Positions 9,313 through 20,504 of a stretch of DNA of 64,000 bases are shown here, in pieces. The notes beneath the pieces were generated by a model. The model saw only the letters and a list, made by a program, of their open reading frames with translations, had not been told where the DNA came from and made no database searches. Both the position numbers and the translations under genes were made by a program. The stretch comes from Candidatus Amesbacteria bacterium RIFCSPLOWO2_01_FULL_48_25 (GTDB taxonomy: Bacteria > Patescibacteriota > Microgenomatia > CAZETR01 > Amesbacteraceae), in assembly GCA_001773695.1 (NCBI GenBank), contig MEXN01000001.1, positions 41,903 to 105,902 of the forward strand, in the 5' to 3' direction. Position 1 is the stretch's first letter. The number at the start of each line of letters is the position of its first letter.

Positions 9313-9586
9313 CCAAATCCACTTTCTCTCTCTCAAACTTCACCCCTTCCGCCACTAGTCTTTTCTTCTGCTCCTCTAGCCCCCCAAATGCATACCCTGG
9401 GGCCAAAGACCCGTCGGCAAAAACTACGCGATGACAAGGCACATTCCTGTCTTTATTCGCATGCAGCGCCTGCCCCACCCGTCTAGCGTCACGAGTCCCA
9501 ATTGCCCTCGCCACCTGCCCATACGTCATTATCTCCCCCTGAGGAATCTCTTTCACTACTCTATATACATCCTCAAAAAAACTCAT
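9278..9586 (-). CDS. ogt: Methylated-DNA--protein-cysteine methyltransferase, DNA-binding domain (MGMT/Ogt family)
   Basis: PCHRVV active-site motif in the context TYGQVARAIGTRDARRVGQALHANKDRNVPCHRVV. Confidence 0.75.
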   Translation of the reverse strand: MSFFEDVYRVVKEIPQGEIMTYGQVARAIGTRDARRVGQALHANKDRNVPCHRVVFADGSLAPGYAFGGLEEQKKRLVAEGVKFEREKVDLVNSSFVFGESG

Positions 9587-9590
9587 CGTT

Positions 9591-10424
9591 TCACCTCCAT
9601 AAATATATTAGCGCCAAACACGCTACCATCACCTGGGTCAACGGCTTGGTAAATCGAACATAACTTTGCATCGACTTCACCTGGACGTCCAGCGACGGCA
9701 TTTTCATCCACCGCCCATATTGCCACATTATATATGTTGTCAACAGTACAAAAGCCCACGACCACCAGGCCAACCTATCAATCCGCCCGACTAAAAATAA
9801 TATCCACGCCCCGACCCCCGTCATAAATCCCAAAATCAAACTTTTCCTCATTCCCAACCACACATGAGTAGGTTTCAGTCCGGCTTTCAAATCGGCTTTG
9901 ATATCTGCCATCTGATAAGGGAAAAACCCGCACCACATCACACATCCTCCAAAACCAGTCAACGTTACCAATTGCCATGGATCAACTTTTCCCCAGGTTA
10001 CGCCCAAAAACGGAATCGCCCACCATACCGCCTCCTGCGACAAAACATCCACCACTGGTCGGGCCTTAAGTCGAACCATCGGCAACGAATACATCATCGC
10101 CAATACATACATGCCCAATCCCCAAAAAAGTTTACCCGCAAAATAAGCCGTTGCCAAACCTGCTATCGATAATATCGCAAATAATAATCCAGCCAATGTC
10201 AGGCTAACTTCGTTTTTGACATGCACTTTGTTCCAGCTAAACCTATCCACATCTCCTCTGTCCACTAGTTCATTAACAATAAACGTCGGGCACGAAAGCA
10301 GCACTGTAGCCAAAAGCCACCACCACACTTCGCCACTTCCCCGCACCAGCCACCCCCCGGCCAACACCGCACCTACTTGGAAATACTGATCCCCAAGTCT
10401 CAGCAGCCTTATATATCTCAGCAT
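9591..10424 (-). CDS. UbiA-family prenyltransferase (polytopic membrane protein)
   Basis: About 8 TM helices; NELVDRGDVDR resembles the UbiA NDxxDxxxD motif, with a second D-rich motif (YQMADIKADLK). Confidence 0.55.
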   Translation of the reverse strand: MLRYIRLLRLGDQYFQVGAVLAGGWLVRGSGEVWWWLLATVLLSCPTFIVNELVDRGDVDRFSWNKVHVKNEVSLTLAGLLFAILSIAGLATAYFAGKLFWGLGMYVLAMMYSLPMVRLKARPVVDVLSQEAVWWAIPFLGVTWGKVDPWQLVTLTGFGGCVMWCGFFPYQMADIKADLKAGLKPTHVWLGMRKSLILGFMTGVGAWILFLVGRIDRLAWWSWAFVLLTTYIMWQYGRWMKMPSLDVQVKSMQSYVRFTKPLTQVMVACLALIYLWR

Positions 10425-10433
10425 TTTTCAATC

Positions 10434-12128
10434 TTACGTTAACTTCCCCGCCGCCTCAATAAATGATACAAATATTGGGTGCGGGGACAATGGCCGAGAT
10501 TTGTATTCAGGATGAAACTGCGTTCCTACAAAAAACGGATGGGTTTTTTGGGGCAACTCTATCGCCTCCACCAGCTTCCCATCCGGGCTCACTCCCGAAA
10601 CCACCAACCCCTTTTTCTCCAAAACCTCCCGATATTTATTATTTACCTCATATCTATGCCTATGCCTTTCATAAACTAAGTTTTGAATTTTGGATTTGGA
10701 ATTTGGGATTTGCTTAGAATTTAGATATTCGGATTTAGAGTTTTTATATGAATTAAAAATAATTGCTCCCTCTTTCAAAACGCACGGCCACGCCCCCAAC
10801 CGAATCGTCCCTCCATACTGGTGAGCATCTAAATATTTTTTTTGATCTGGCATGATATGAATCACTGGGAATTTTGTCTTTGCATCTACCTCCGTAGAAT
10901 TCGCACCCTTCATTCCACACATATTCCGGGCGTATTCGATAACCGCCATCTGCATTCCAAAACACAAGCCCAGATATGGCACCTTTTTCTCCCTGGCAAA
11001 TTTCACCGCTGCAATTTTCCCCTCCACCCCCCGGCTCCCCCACCCCTGCGGCACAATTACACCATCGAAGCCTTCCAACGCCTTACTCATATCGCCCACC
11101 TCATCACTGTTAAACCAATCCATAATCAGCTTTACTCCACACTTCGCCGCGGCGTGGTTAAGCGCTTCAATCACACAAATATACGAGTCTTTAAGCACAT
11201 AACTCCCAGTCGCAAAATATTTACCCACCATCGCAATCTTTACCTGTTTCTTTCCTCTCTCCAATTTCCTGACAAATGCTCCCCAGTCACCCAAATCCCG
11301 TTTTCCGGGTTTCATCGCCAACTTTTTCAATACCTTATCAGTCAACCCCTGCTCATCTAAAAACAACGGCACTTGATAAATATTGGTCAAATCCGGATTG
11401 GCAATGATATCTCCGTCATGCATATTACAAAACAACGCCAACCTTTCCCGACGTCTCGCATCTATCTCTTGTTCACTTCGAGCCACCAAAAAATCTGGCT
11501 GGATCCCCATAGAATTAAGCACATGTACCGACTGCTGAGTAGGCTTACTTTTAAGTTCTCCCACACTTCTAATCACCGGCAAATACGACACGTGCACATG
11601 CAACACATTCTCCGGCTCTCTTAACTTCATTATCCGGTTCGCTTCAAAAAACAGCCCATTTTGATATTCCCCCACCGTCCCCCCCAGTTCCACCACCACG
11701 ATCTGCGCCTGGTTCACCTCTCCCGCCCGCACAATCCGACCAATTATTTCATCGGTCACATGTGGAATAGCCTCCACATCCTCCCCGTTATATCCAAATG
11801 CCCTCTCCCGATCGATCACCGTTTTATATACTTGGCCCGTAGTCATATAGTTCTCCCGCTTCAACGACTCATTCAAAAACCGCTCGTAGTGGCCTATATC
11901 CTGATCCGTCTCAATCCCGTCGTCGGTTACAAATACTTCCCCGTGTTCCTGCGGCCTTATTGTTCCCGCATCCACATTCAAATACATATCAATCTTCACA
12001 TTCGTTACCCGAATCCCCCGGGATTTCAAAAGCATTCCAATAGACGCCGCTGTTATCCCCTTCCCCAGTCCGGAAATCACCCCCCCCGAAACAAAAATAT
12101 ACTTAGTCTTGCTCTTTACCCTAGGCAC
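10434..12128 (-). CDS. pyrG: CTP synthase
   Basis: N-terminal synthetase domain (KYIFVSGGVISGLGKGITAASIG) plus a C-terminal glutamine amidotransferase domain (GLCFGMQ; H-E pair). It contains an in-frame low-complexity insert (NSKSEYLNSKQIPNSKSKIQN). Confidence 0.92.
   Translation of the reverse strand: MPRVKSKTKYIFVSGGVISGLGKGITAASIGMLLKSRGIRVTNVKIDMYLNVDAGTIRPQEHGEVFVTDDGIETDQDIGHYERFLNESLKRENYMTTGQVYKTVIDRERAFGYNGEDVEAIPHVTDEIIGRIVRAGEVNQAQIVVVELGGTVGEYQNGLFFEANRIMKLREPENVLHVHVSYLPVIRSVGELKSKPTQQSVHVLNSMGIQPDFLVARSEQEIDARRRERLALFCNMHDGDIIANPDLTNIYQVPLFLDEQGLTDKVLKKLAMKPGKRDLGDWGAFVRKLERGKKQVKIAMVGKYFATGSYVLKDSYICVIEALNHAAAKCGVKLIMDWFNSDEVGDMSKALEGFDGVIVPQGWGSRGVEGKIAAVKFAREKKVPYLGLCFGMQMAVIEYARNMCGMKGANSTEVDAKTKFPVIHIMPDQKKYLDAHQYGGTIRLGAWPCVLKEGAIIFNSYKNSKSEYLNSKQIPNSKSKIQNLVYERHRHRYEVNNKYREVLEKKGLVVSGVSPDGKLVEAIELPQKTHPFFVGTQFHPEYKSRPLSPHPIFVSFIEAAGKLT
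10680..10750. repeat. Degenerate TTTGGRA/TTTAGA tandem repeats inside pyrG
   Basis: ttttgaattttggatttggaatttgggatttgcttagaatttagatattcggatttagag. Confidence 0.8.
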
Positions 12129-12137
12129 CTACAAGTT

Positions 12138-13145
12138 TTACCAGGATTTACGATAAAACTCAATTGCCCGATTAACCGCCTCCGTCCAACCCAGGCTCAA
12201 ATTATGATCCGCCCCGGGATACTCCACATATTCCACATTCTTCATTTTCCCAGCCAGACCCCGACTCCATCTCACTGGTACCTGGTCATCCGCAGTTCCT
12301 TGTTGCAACAAAACTGGAGCCGTAATCAGGTCTAAATAGTTCTGGAGAGAATATTGCTCCACATCATAATCCTTTTCAAATTGAGCCAATTCTTTCCTTA
12401 ATAACTTCCCGTGATCAAGAATATCATCTGTGTAGTAAAGCACGGAGTAAGGAAACGGGGCCGTCACCGGCGCCCACAAAACTGTCGGGTATTCCTTCCC
12501 CGAAATTTCCAAAACAGTCAGGGCAACTTGTCCTCCATTGCTGTGCCCCCAAATACCAATATTTTCGGTATTCTCCCATCTCTCAATTGCCGCCAGTAAA
12601 TTCAGAGCAGTTGTGTAGGTTTCAAATCTGGCCTCCCACACATTAGCCGATGGCGACGCTGATCCGCCGTACCCTAAAAAATCAGGGGCTAGGGAAATAA
12701 ACCCGGCCTCGGCAAACTTTTGCGCCGTTCGCCTCGTCCCATCCCCGGTTTTATATTTCTCTACATCCTGATACCCCCTAAACTGGGCTATCACGGGACA
12801 TTTCCGGGATATACACTGCTTGTCAGTGGATATAACCGGGCATTTATTGCAACTATTTGGTAAATGCGCTAGCCCGTTTACTCTTCTCCCATCGCTACTG
12901 AAATGAAATTTATAAACAGTAAAACCGGCTACGCCCGCCGTAGCCTTTGGCGAAGGCTGGGCTTCATCTAAAAATATCTCAGAATCATACACTCTCTTTC
13001 CCAAATTCCCAATCGTATATTTCAGAAACGGCAACTCTTTCCTAACCTCAACAATATCCGGTCTCTGCCAGCTCGCGTATCCCACCACCCCCAAAACTCC
13101 CACCAAAATTCCCAACAGAATAACCAACACTAATCTCACATCCAA
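12138..13145 (-). CDS. Alpha/beta hydrolase-fold esterase/peptidase (S9 or dienelactone-hydrolase-like)
   Basis: GHSNGG nucleophile elbow (GxSxG), N-terminal TM anchor, and D/H later in the sequence. Confidence 0.65.
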   Translation of the reverse strand: MDVRLVLVILLGILVGVLGVVGYASWQRPDIVEVRKELPFLKYTIGNLGKRVYDSEIFLDEAQPSPKATAGVAGFTVYKFHFSSDGRRVNGLAHLPNSCNKCPVISTDKQCISRKCPVIAQFRGYQDVEKYKTGDGTRRTAQKFAEAGFISLAPDFLGYGGSASPSANVWEARFETYTTALNLLAAIERWENTENIGIWGHSNGGQVALTVLEISGKEYPTVLWAPVTAPFPYSVLYYTDDILDHGKLLRKELAQFEKDYDVEQYSLQNYLDLITAPVLLQQGTADDQVPVRWSRGLAGKMKNVEYVEYPGADHNLSLGWTEAVNRAIEFYRKSW

Positions 13146-13173
13146 AAGTTTACCACCAAAAAAGCACGAATTT

Positions 13174-13288
13174 CCCGGCCACGACCTATTTTCACGGAGA
13201 GTTGCCCCTCAGCTATTGTCAGCGCTGGCGCGTTTTACGGTCCAGTTCGGAATGGGATGGAGTAGTTCCACGCCGCTCCAGTGACCGG
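13174..13288 (-). rRNA. rrf: 5S rRNA
   Basis: The minus-strand reading CCGGTCACTGGAGCGGCGTGGAACTACTCCATCCCATTCCGAACTGGACCGTAAAACGCGCCAGCG...GTCGTGGCCGGG has helix I end-pairing and the CCGAAC loop-C signature. Confidence 0.8.
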
Positions 13289-13506
13289 AAAATTCGTGCT
13301 TTCTTAAGTTTTCAACCAGGCGTTTATTCCCTGGAAAGTGAAGAGAATGTTTGTAATAGATCACGCAAATCTACTTCAATAAGACCGATTAGTACAGGTT
13401 CGCTAAACGCGTTACCGCGCTTACACGGCCTGCCTCTATTACGGGGTATTCTTCCCCGGGTCTTCTGTCCACCTTGCGGTGAACATGAGCTCCTTATCTT
13501 GGGTAG

Positions 13507-13539
<33 letters not shown>

Positions 13540-13678
13540 CGTAGGCACTTAGCTACCCGGCGATGCCGCAAGACGCGACAACCGGCACACCAGAGGTACC
13601 TCCACCCTGGTCCTCTCGTACTGAGGGCAGACCCCCTCAAGAGCTCCCCGACTCTACTGGATAGAGACCGACATTCAT

Positions 13679-14479
13679 CCCGCATATCACTATACGGATT
13701 CGACCATATCTTCACTTCATAGCTCATTCTGAGCATAGTAGTGTCTGACGTATGGCCTGTGAGGATTCTAGTCACCAAAGCTTCGGAGTATTTTTTCCCT
13801 TGAAAACTTTCGCTTACCCGTATTCATGGAATAGGCGATCTCCAAAACTTTAGCCATCCCCTTTCTATGTAAATGCTGTCTTGATTTTACTAGCTCAACG
13901 ACTCGACAAAATTTATCAAAGTCTTCAGCCTTTTTAGTCAGCAATTTATTTCGAAAAAATGGGATTACTTTATCGACAATGCTTGGCAAATCTCTTACAA
14001 CATAAGCCAAACTTTTATCGGTTTTATCAGTTAGACTATTCTGTTTAATATAGCCGCAGTCTAATTTTCGTTTAAGTTTTTCCAAAACTATCCTCCCAGA
14101 AGGGTTCTGTGAAACTTTGAAAAAATAAACCACTTGCCAATGGGTAATTGTTTCCTGGCTTCTAACTATTCCTACATAGAAACAACCTTCGCCTTCAACA
14201 AAACCCACCAAATAATCATCACTGATCATTCGACTAGTCTTTCCTGCTGATAATCTTGCCTTCGTTCTCACACAAAGTGGTTTTACATTTTTACTAGTAT
14301 ACAAATACTACACTAGTAGCAAAACATTTACAAGGTTTTCCAGCATATAGTCAAATTTTATCCACACTTGGGTTGGTGGAATCATCTAATAACAGTTTCT
14401 CGCATAATTTAAATTAACATTCAAAAACGGTGGATGATAGACAGCTCGAAATTGTCACCTATTAGAATTACTTTAGGTC
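13679..14479 (-). mobile_element. Group I intron in 23S rRNA domain V (insertion after ...GAGACAGT, before TCGGTC...)
   Basis: Exon continuity GTGAGACAGT | TCGGTCTCTATCC is broken by about 800 nt that contain a LAGLIDADG ORF. The 5' exon ends in U and the intron ends in G, as expected for group I introns. Confidence 0.75.
13768..14304 (-). CDS. LAGLIDADG homing endonuclease (intron-encoded)
   Basis: LVGFVEGEGCFYVGIV is a LAGLIDADG motif variant. The ORF lies entirely inside the 23S rRNA intron. Confidence 0.8.
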   Translation of the reverse strand: MYTSKNVKPLCVRTKARLSAGKTSRMISDDYLVGFVEGEGCFYVGIVRSQETITHWQVVYFFKVSQNPSGRIVLEKLKRKLDCGYIKQNSLTDKTDKSLAYVVRDLPSIVDKVIPFFRNKLLTKKAEDFDKFCRVVELVKSRQHLHRKGMAKVLEIAYSMNTGKRKFSREKILRSFGD

Positions 14480-14516
<37 letters not shown>

Positions 14517-15105
14517 CTTTTAACCGGCGAACAGCCGGACCTTTGGGAGGTACTGCCCCCCCTGGATAGGATGAGCCGACATCGAGGTGCCAAACCGCCG
14601 CGTCGATATGGACTCTTGGCGGCGATCAGCCTGTTATCCCTAGGGTAGCTTTTATCCGTTAAGCTCGCCGCCACCCACGTGGCATGCGAGGATCACTACG
14701 GCCTGCTTTCGCACCTGCTCGAGCTGACACTCTCACAGTCAAGCACACTTTTGCCGTTACACGACCCGTTCGATTTCCATCCGAACTTAAGTGTACCTTG
14801 GCACTCCTGCGTTACCTTTTAGCAGGATACCTCCCCAGTAAAACTGCCCCCCAGACCTTGTCCCCTCCGACGTTTCCAGTCGGAATAAGTAAGTCTTGAG
14901 ATTTTAAAACGAGAGGTGTTTCACTTTCTCCCAAAGCCTTGCGGCCAAAGGATACCTCCTACTCTAAACTATCTCAAAATCCAAAACAGGGCCTGAGTAC
15001 AGTAAAGCTCCATAGGGTCTTTTTGTCCTAGTAGAGTTAGGCCGCATCTTCACAGCCATTTCAATTTCGCCGGGTAACAGTTCAAGACAGTTGCTCTGTC
15101 GTTAA

Positions 15106-15141
<36 letters not shown>

Positions 15142-16700
15142 CTTCGCTACCATAGAACAGTTATAGTTACTGCTGCCGTTCACTCGAGCTTCATTTCAAG
15201 TCTTCGCCCTTGCGGGCTAAACCATCCACTTAACTTACGAGCACTGGGCAGGCTTCAGCCTGTATACTGCCTCTTTCGAGTTTGCACAGACCTGTGTTTT
15301 AGTTAAACAGTCGCAGAGCAATCTTTCGCTGCGGTCCGCCAAATGGCGGACAGGACATCTTGCTAACTTACGTCCAGCTTTTTTGCCGAGTTCCTTGAAC
15401 TGCCTTCTCCCGATCGCCTTGGTCTACTCGACCATCCCACCAGTGTCGGTTTGCGGTACGGCAAAGTAAACGTCTCGTCACGAACTTTTTCTCGAAAACA
15501 AAAACATTCCGGATCATCAACTCAATTTCTCAAGTCAACTCTTCATCACCACTCAATTAAACGCCATGCCGGATTTTCCAGGCACAACTGTTTCATGGCT
15601 TAAACGCGCATTCACTGCACACGCCCAGATGTTCTCGTTTTGTCTATCCCTGACTATTAACGACGTCCACTCTGTAGCCGAATATTCACGGCTCGTCCAT
15701 CAGCTACGGCCACTACGCCCTCGCCTTAGGTGCCGACTCACCCTGGGCCAAACAATGTCGCCCAGGAAACCTTGGGATTTCGGCGGTCCGAATTCTCATC
15801 GGACTTACGCTACTCATTCCGGCATTCTCACTTGAAACCGCTCCAAACCGGTTTACACCAGCCCTTCGCAGCAATTTCAACGCTCCCCTACCGATTCGTG
15901 CGCAGCACGAAAGTTACTAAGTATTCCAGTTAACCAGTTGCACAGTTGATTTAAACTGACAAACTGGAAAACTGTCGAACTGAATAACTTTTGTGCTACA
16001 CACAAATCCTGTGTCTTCGGCAAAACGCTTCAGCCTCGGTTCATTTTCCGCGCCAAACTCCAAATTCGACCAGTGAGCTGTTACGCTTTCTTTAAAGGAT
16101 GGCTGCTTCTGAGCCAACCTCCTGGCTGTCTGAGGAATTTGACTACGTTCAACACTAAGCGTTCATTTAGAGGCCTTAGACGACAGTCTGGGTTGTTTCC
16201 CTTTAGATCGGCCCGCTTAGCCGGGTCGTTCTGACTCCCTCGTAAGTTCTTACCAGCATTCGGAGTTTGATTGAATATTACAACTTGCGCTGCAACACCC
16301 ATCCAGTGCTCTACCTCTGATAAGTTTTTAACGAGAGGCTATACCTATATATATTTCGGGGAGAGCCAGCTATCTCCTGGTTCGATTGGCATATTACCCC
16401 TAATCACAAGTCGTCCCACAGGTTTGTAACCCTGACGGGTACGGGCCTCCCTCCGGTTTTCACCGGAGCTCACCCTGCTCATGATTAGCTCACCAGGTTT
16501 CGGGTCTTCCAGCTGCTGCTTTTCGCCCTATTCAGACTCGCTTTCGCTCCGCCTACTCCCGATTTAATCGGGATTAAACTCGCAACAACCGAAAACTCGC
16601 CGGATCATTCTTCAATAGGCACGCGATCATCCGCCAGATGGCGGACTCTCACTGCTTGTTAGCAGACAATTTCAGGTTCTATTTCACTCGGGTTTCGCCC

Positions 16701-16742
<42 letters not shown>

Positions 16743-17356
16743 ATGCCAAAGTATTTAGCCTTGGAGCGTGGTTGCCCCGGATTCCCACAAAGTATGTGCT
16801 TCATGGTACTTGGGAACAAGCTAGGGTGGATTTAGATTTCACCTACGCGGCTATCACGCGCTCTGGCCTGACTTTCCAGACAGTTCGGCTATCCAAAACC
16901 CAATCCCACATTACTTGCCCCGCAACACCACTCCATAGCCCTTACGGGCAACGGGTGGTTTAGGCTTTTCCGATTTCGCTCACCGCTACTCACGGAATCT
17001 CTTTGATTTATTTTCCAGTCCCTACTTAGATGTTTCAGTTCGAGACGTTCCCCCCACGTTCATTTAACTGAACGTGGTCTCCATATAGGAGGGGTTTCCC
17101 CATTCGGAAACCGCCGGATCAGCGCTTCTTGGCAGCTCCCCGACGACTATCGCGGCCCTGTACGTCCTTCTTCGGCTTTGACATCCTAGGCATCCATTGT
17201 CTGCATTACGGAAGTATAAAATGCGGCTCTACTACAAAATTCTCTTCACTTTTCAAAGAGCAAACATTCCTCAGCCGTTGATGGCTGATCTCGGCCTCCC
17301 CACGAAAGGGAAACCGGGATCAACTCTCAAAGCTTGCCCTGAGCACGGTCGAATGG

Positions 17357-17431
17357 GTGGACTCGGAGGGATTCGAACCCTCGACCTCATCATTGCAAAT
17401 GATGCGCTCTAGCCAACTAAGCTACGAGCCC
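17357..17431 (-). tRNA. tRNA-Ala (anticodon UGC)
   Basis: GGGCTCGTAGCTTAGTTGGCTAGAGCGCATCATTTGCAATGATGAGGTCGAGGGTTCGAATCCCTCCGAGTCCA has a G3:U70 pair, a UGC anticodon and a canonical T-loop. It sits immediately upstream of the 23S. Confidence 0.85.
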
Positions 17432-17442
17432 TCCGAATCTAA

Positions 17443-17471
17443 ATTGTCAAAAAAACACCTCCTTTCGGAGG
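17443..17471 (-). terminator. Intrinsic terminator (CCTCCGAAAGGAGG + U-run) upstream of tRNA-Ala
   Basis: Minus-strand hairpin followed by TGTTTTTTTG. It would separate the upstream protein genes from the tRNA-Ala-23S-5S unit. Confidence 0.45.
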
Positions 17472-17605
17472 CCACGATTACCTTGCTTTATAGGTGCTCT
17501 AGGACACGCCCGACACCAAGTTGATTAGATTTAAAAGCAAAGTCCTCATGAATTCAAACCACCCTCGAAAGGTAATCCTGATATTACCTTCCCCTTCCCT
17601 CCCTG

Positions 17606-17908
17606 TCAAGCCCGTCCACTATGGTTATGCATAAGTTTTGGCTGTGAAGCAAGTATCCTAACCAGTTCCCTCCTAGCCTTTTCGGCAACAAGTATGTTCG
17701 CATTGACCAACCTCCTATCAATATTTGCCTCCGAAACCCCTTCGGTAACCCCGGGATCCAACTCATAATAGTCACCGGATTTATCCTTTAATTCTTTCAG
17801 CCTGGCCAGCTTAACTGAATACGAAACCCCACTTAGTACATCGGCATCAAAAGATCCCAGCATCTCCTCACGTCTCATTCTTTCATCAAACTGAGCATCA
17901 GTTTCCAT
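17606..17908 (-). CDS. Hypothetical protein (100 aa), last gene of the HlyD/MacB-like cluster
   Basis: Acidic, non-repetitive composition; no motif recognised. Confidence 0.3.
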   Translation of the reverse strand: METDAQFDERMRREEMLGSFDADVLSGVSYSVKLARLKELKDKSGDYYELDPGVTEGVSEANIDRRLVNANILVAEKARRELVRILASQPKLMHNHSGRA

Positions 17909-17940
17909 GGCTATATTTTAAAATCCCTTCCAGTCAACTC

Positions 17941-19179
17941 TTATTCATACCTCAAGGCCTCAATCGGGTCTAAACGCGCGGCCCGTACCGCCGGCGCCAG
18001 TCCCGATACTATCCCCACCACGGCCGACACCCCAAAAGCCAAGAGTACCGATCCCAAGCTCACCTGAGTCTCGATAAACCTTCCCAAAATTAGAGAAAAC
18101 CCGGCCCCTATGCCTATTCCCATTCCCCCCCCCAGTACCGACAATACTATCGCCTCAATCAAAAATTGCAGCAGTATATCTCTTTTAGTCGCCCCCACCG
18201 CTTTGCGAAGTCCAATCTCCCGCGTCCTCTCCGTCACCGACACCAGCATAATATTGGCAATCCCAATTCCGCCCACAACCAGAGAAATTGCCGCAATCCC
18301 AGACAATGCCCCCGTCACCACCCCCAAAAATGAATTAATCGTCTCCAATAGTTCCTTAGGCTCAAGTATCGTAAAGTCGTCATCCGTCAAATTCTTGCGG
18401 TAAAAATAGTTTTTAATTTTCCGGGCAGCCACCGCCGTCCCCGCAGCATCCACTGTCCTCACCATTACTGCCGCCGGTTTTTTAATCCCCGTTACCCGAG
18501 ATGCCGTAGTCACCGGCATCAGCACAAAAGTATTTTCATCACTATTTCCTCCTATCCCCCCGCCTTTCTCCTTCAAAACTCCGACAATAGTCATCTGCGA
18601 TCCCACCACGTCAATCTCCTTTCCCACCGCATCGCCGACCCCGCCAAATAGTTCCTCATAAACCTTGTGTCCAATTACCACTACCATCTGGCTCCGTTCC
18701 AGCATACTTTTAGTAAAAAACCTGCCCATTTCCACCTCCACGTTGCCGTAATCCAAATACTCCTCGCTTACCCCCGCGATATTTCCGTAAAAGGTTTCAG
18801 AGCGGTATTTTAGTGTCCCCCCCCGGGAAATCATCCCCGACGCCTTCACTATCGGGTCTCCCAAATCGCCTATTTCTTTTATGTCGTTAAAATCAAACTT
18901 CGCCTCTACGTTTCTTGGCGGTCCGCCAGAAAAACTCACTTTCCCAGGCGATATCAAAAGGATATTCGACCCCAAGGACTCAAATTCACGCGTCACAAAT
19001 GCCTGCAGCCCGTTGCCAATAGACACCAAAAGAATGACCGACGCCACCCCGATAATAATCCCCAACGTAGTCAAAACCGACCGCGTTTTATTGGTTCTAA
19101 TAGCAATCCCGGCCGTCCTAAATAACTCGACTCTATCCATACTATCTGATGACGATCCTTTCGCCTTCTTTAAGCCCAA
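17941..19179 (-). CDS. ABC transporter permease, MacB/FtsX family (MacB periplasmic core domain + FtsX)
   Basis: N-terminal TM, a large periplasmic domain, then a C-terminal FtsX-type 3-TM bundle (TERTREIGLRKAVGATKRDIL). No ATPase gene is adjacent. Confidence 0.8.
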   Translation of the reverse strand: MGLKKAKGSSSDSMDRVELFRTAGIAIRTNKTRSVLTTLGIIIGVASVILLVSIGNGLQAFVTREFESLGSNILLISPGKVSFSGGPPRNVEAKFDFNDIKEIGDLGDPIVKASGMISRGGTLKYRSETFYGNIAGVSEEYLDYGNVEVEMGRFFTKSMLERSQMVVVIGHKVYEELFGGVGDAVGKEIDVVGSQMTIVGVLKEKGGGIGGNSDENTFVLMPVTTASRVTGIKKPAAVMVRTVDAAGTAVAARKIKNYFYRKNLTDDDFTILEPKELLETINSFLGVVTGALSGIAAISLVVGGIGIANIMLVSVTERTREIGLRKAVGATKRDILLQFLIEAIVLSVLGGGMGIGIGAGFSLILGRFIETQVSLGSVLLAFGVSAVVGIVSGLAPAVRAARLDPIEALRYE

Positions 19180-20137
19180 CTTTTACTTCTATCAAATCAT
19201 CCCCCTCAATCCCTATCTCCACTTTCCTCTTCCCTCCACCCTCCATCTCTGCCTCACCATCCACCACGGCTTCAATCGGCAACTTCAATACATTTTTCGC
19301 CTCCGAAACGACAAGTGTCGCATCCCCGTTCATCCCCACCCTTAATATCTCAATATCCTCTTCACTTATCTTGACTCTCACCGAAAACACTGTCGCCCCG
19401 GCATCTGAAATATGGGCCACAAACTCAATTATTTTTATTTCCCCTTCAAATTCTTTATCCGGATATGCATCCAGCTCAACCTTCACTTTCTTCCCAATAG
19501 TTACCATGGACAAATCCGCCTCATCTACCTCGGCCTCAAAATACAGCGAGTCGGGATCCACTACATCCACTCCATCGGTAACCCCCGCCGCCTGCCCTAC
19601 CACATTCACAGTCACCCTGGCCACAACCCCGTCAAATGGCGCGATCAAACTGGCATTATTCTTGGCCCGGATCGCGCTCTGCCACGTATCATAAGCTTTA
19701 TCCCTGACGGTCTGTGCCGCCACCCGCTTGTTTTTCAGAACAAATGTCTCGTCATTATCATGGCCTTTTACTTCGTCCTCCACCTGTTTGGCATTAGCAT
19801 CCGCCGCGATATAACTATAATAGGCGGCCGTTTCGGCAGCAGCCAAATCCCGCACGTCCAATCCCATCATAGCCGTCCCCTTTTTCACCTCGTCTCCCTC
19901 GCGGGCCTTCACATACCCCAGCTTACCCGGACTCAAGAATCGTAAATGCGCTTCTTTCTCCGCTTTGATTTTCCCCGATAGTGCCAGAGTCCTAACCACG
20001 TCACCCTTCTCCACGCTCACAATCCTTGTATTCTTGTTGTTGTTGCTTTTACTCCTCATCCACAACCACCACCCCGCCCCAACGACAAGTATTAAAATAG
20101 CAATCGCTATGTTGCGCCGCCTCATAGACTTACCCAT
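19142..20137 (-). CDS. Efflux/secretion periplasmic adaptor (HlyD/MacA family membrane fusion protein)
   Basis: N-terminal TM anchor, coiled-coil segment, lipoyl/beta-barrel segments. It overlaps the permease gene. Confidence 0.75.
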   Translation of the reverse strand: MGKSMRRRNIAIAILILVVGAGWWLWMRSKSNNNKNTRIVSVEKGDVVRTLALSGKIKAEKEAHLRFLSPGKLGYVKAREGDEVKKGTAMMGLDVRDLAAAETAAYYSYIAADANAKQVEDEVKGHDNDETFVLKNKRVAAQTVRDKAYDTWQSAIRAKNNASLIAPFDGVVARVTVNVVGQAAGVTDGVDVVDPDSLYFEAEVDEADLSMVTIGKKVKVELDAYPDKEFEGEIKIIEFVAHISDAGATVFSVRVKISEEDIEILRVGMNGDATLVVSEAKNVLKLPIEAVVDGEAEMEGGGKRKVEIGIEGDDLIEVKVGLKEGERIVIR

Positions 20138-20419
20138 TTTAACTCACCGTGCTAAACTTAAATAAGATTATGAAACCAACCACAGTCGTCTTTAGTCTCA
20201 TAGCCACCATCGCTGTCGTTTTTCTTGTGGCGGCCATTGGTTCCTTCCTCTACGGCATATTCATCCTCCCCAAACTCAACCGCGGCATTTTTTGTATTCA
20301 ATCCCTCTCCCGTTCCTGCTTTCTTGGTTCCACTATCTGTTACAATTTCCCCAATCCCTGCTCCGCCCCACCCCTCTGGTACCCCAGATCCCGCTAGTTA
20401 AGATATAATTCACCTGTTC

Positions 20420-20491
20420 GGGTCGCTGGTTCAGCGGTAGAACGTCGTCCTGATAAGACGAAAACGCCAGGTCCGACTCCTGGGCGACCCA
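20420..20491 (+). tRNA. tRNA-Ile (anticodon GAU)
   Basis: GGGTCGCTGGTTCAGCGGTAGAACGTCGTCCTGATAAGACGAAAACGCCAGGTCCGACTCCTGGGCGACCCA folds as a cloverleaf only on the plus strand. Anticodon loop CTGATAA; T-loop TCCGACT is non-canonical; a TATAAT box lies 10 nt upstream. Confidence 0.7.
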
Positions 20492-20504
20492 CTAAAACTA
20501 TCCA

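Noticed and set aside
11661-12335. 224-aa plus-strand ORF overlapping pyrG
   Set aside because: It is antisense to CTP synthase; His/Pro/Arg-rich composition; no motifs.
20420-20491. Minus-strand reading of the tRNA between the 16S and 23S (which would match rRNA orientation)
   Set aside because: On the minus strand the D-arm cannot pair and the anticodon would be AUC with A34. Only the plus-strand fold gives a canonical cloverleaf (tRNA-Ile GAU).
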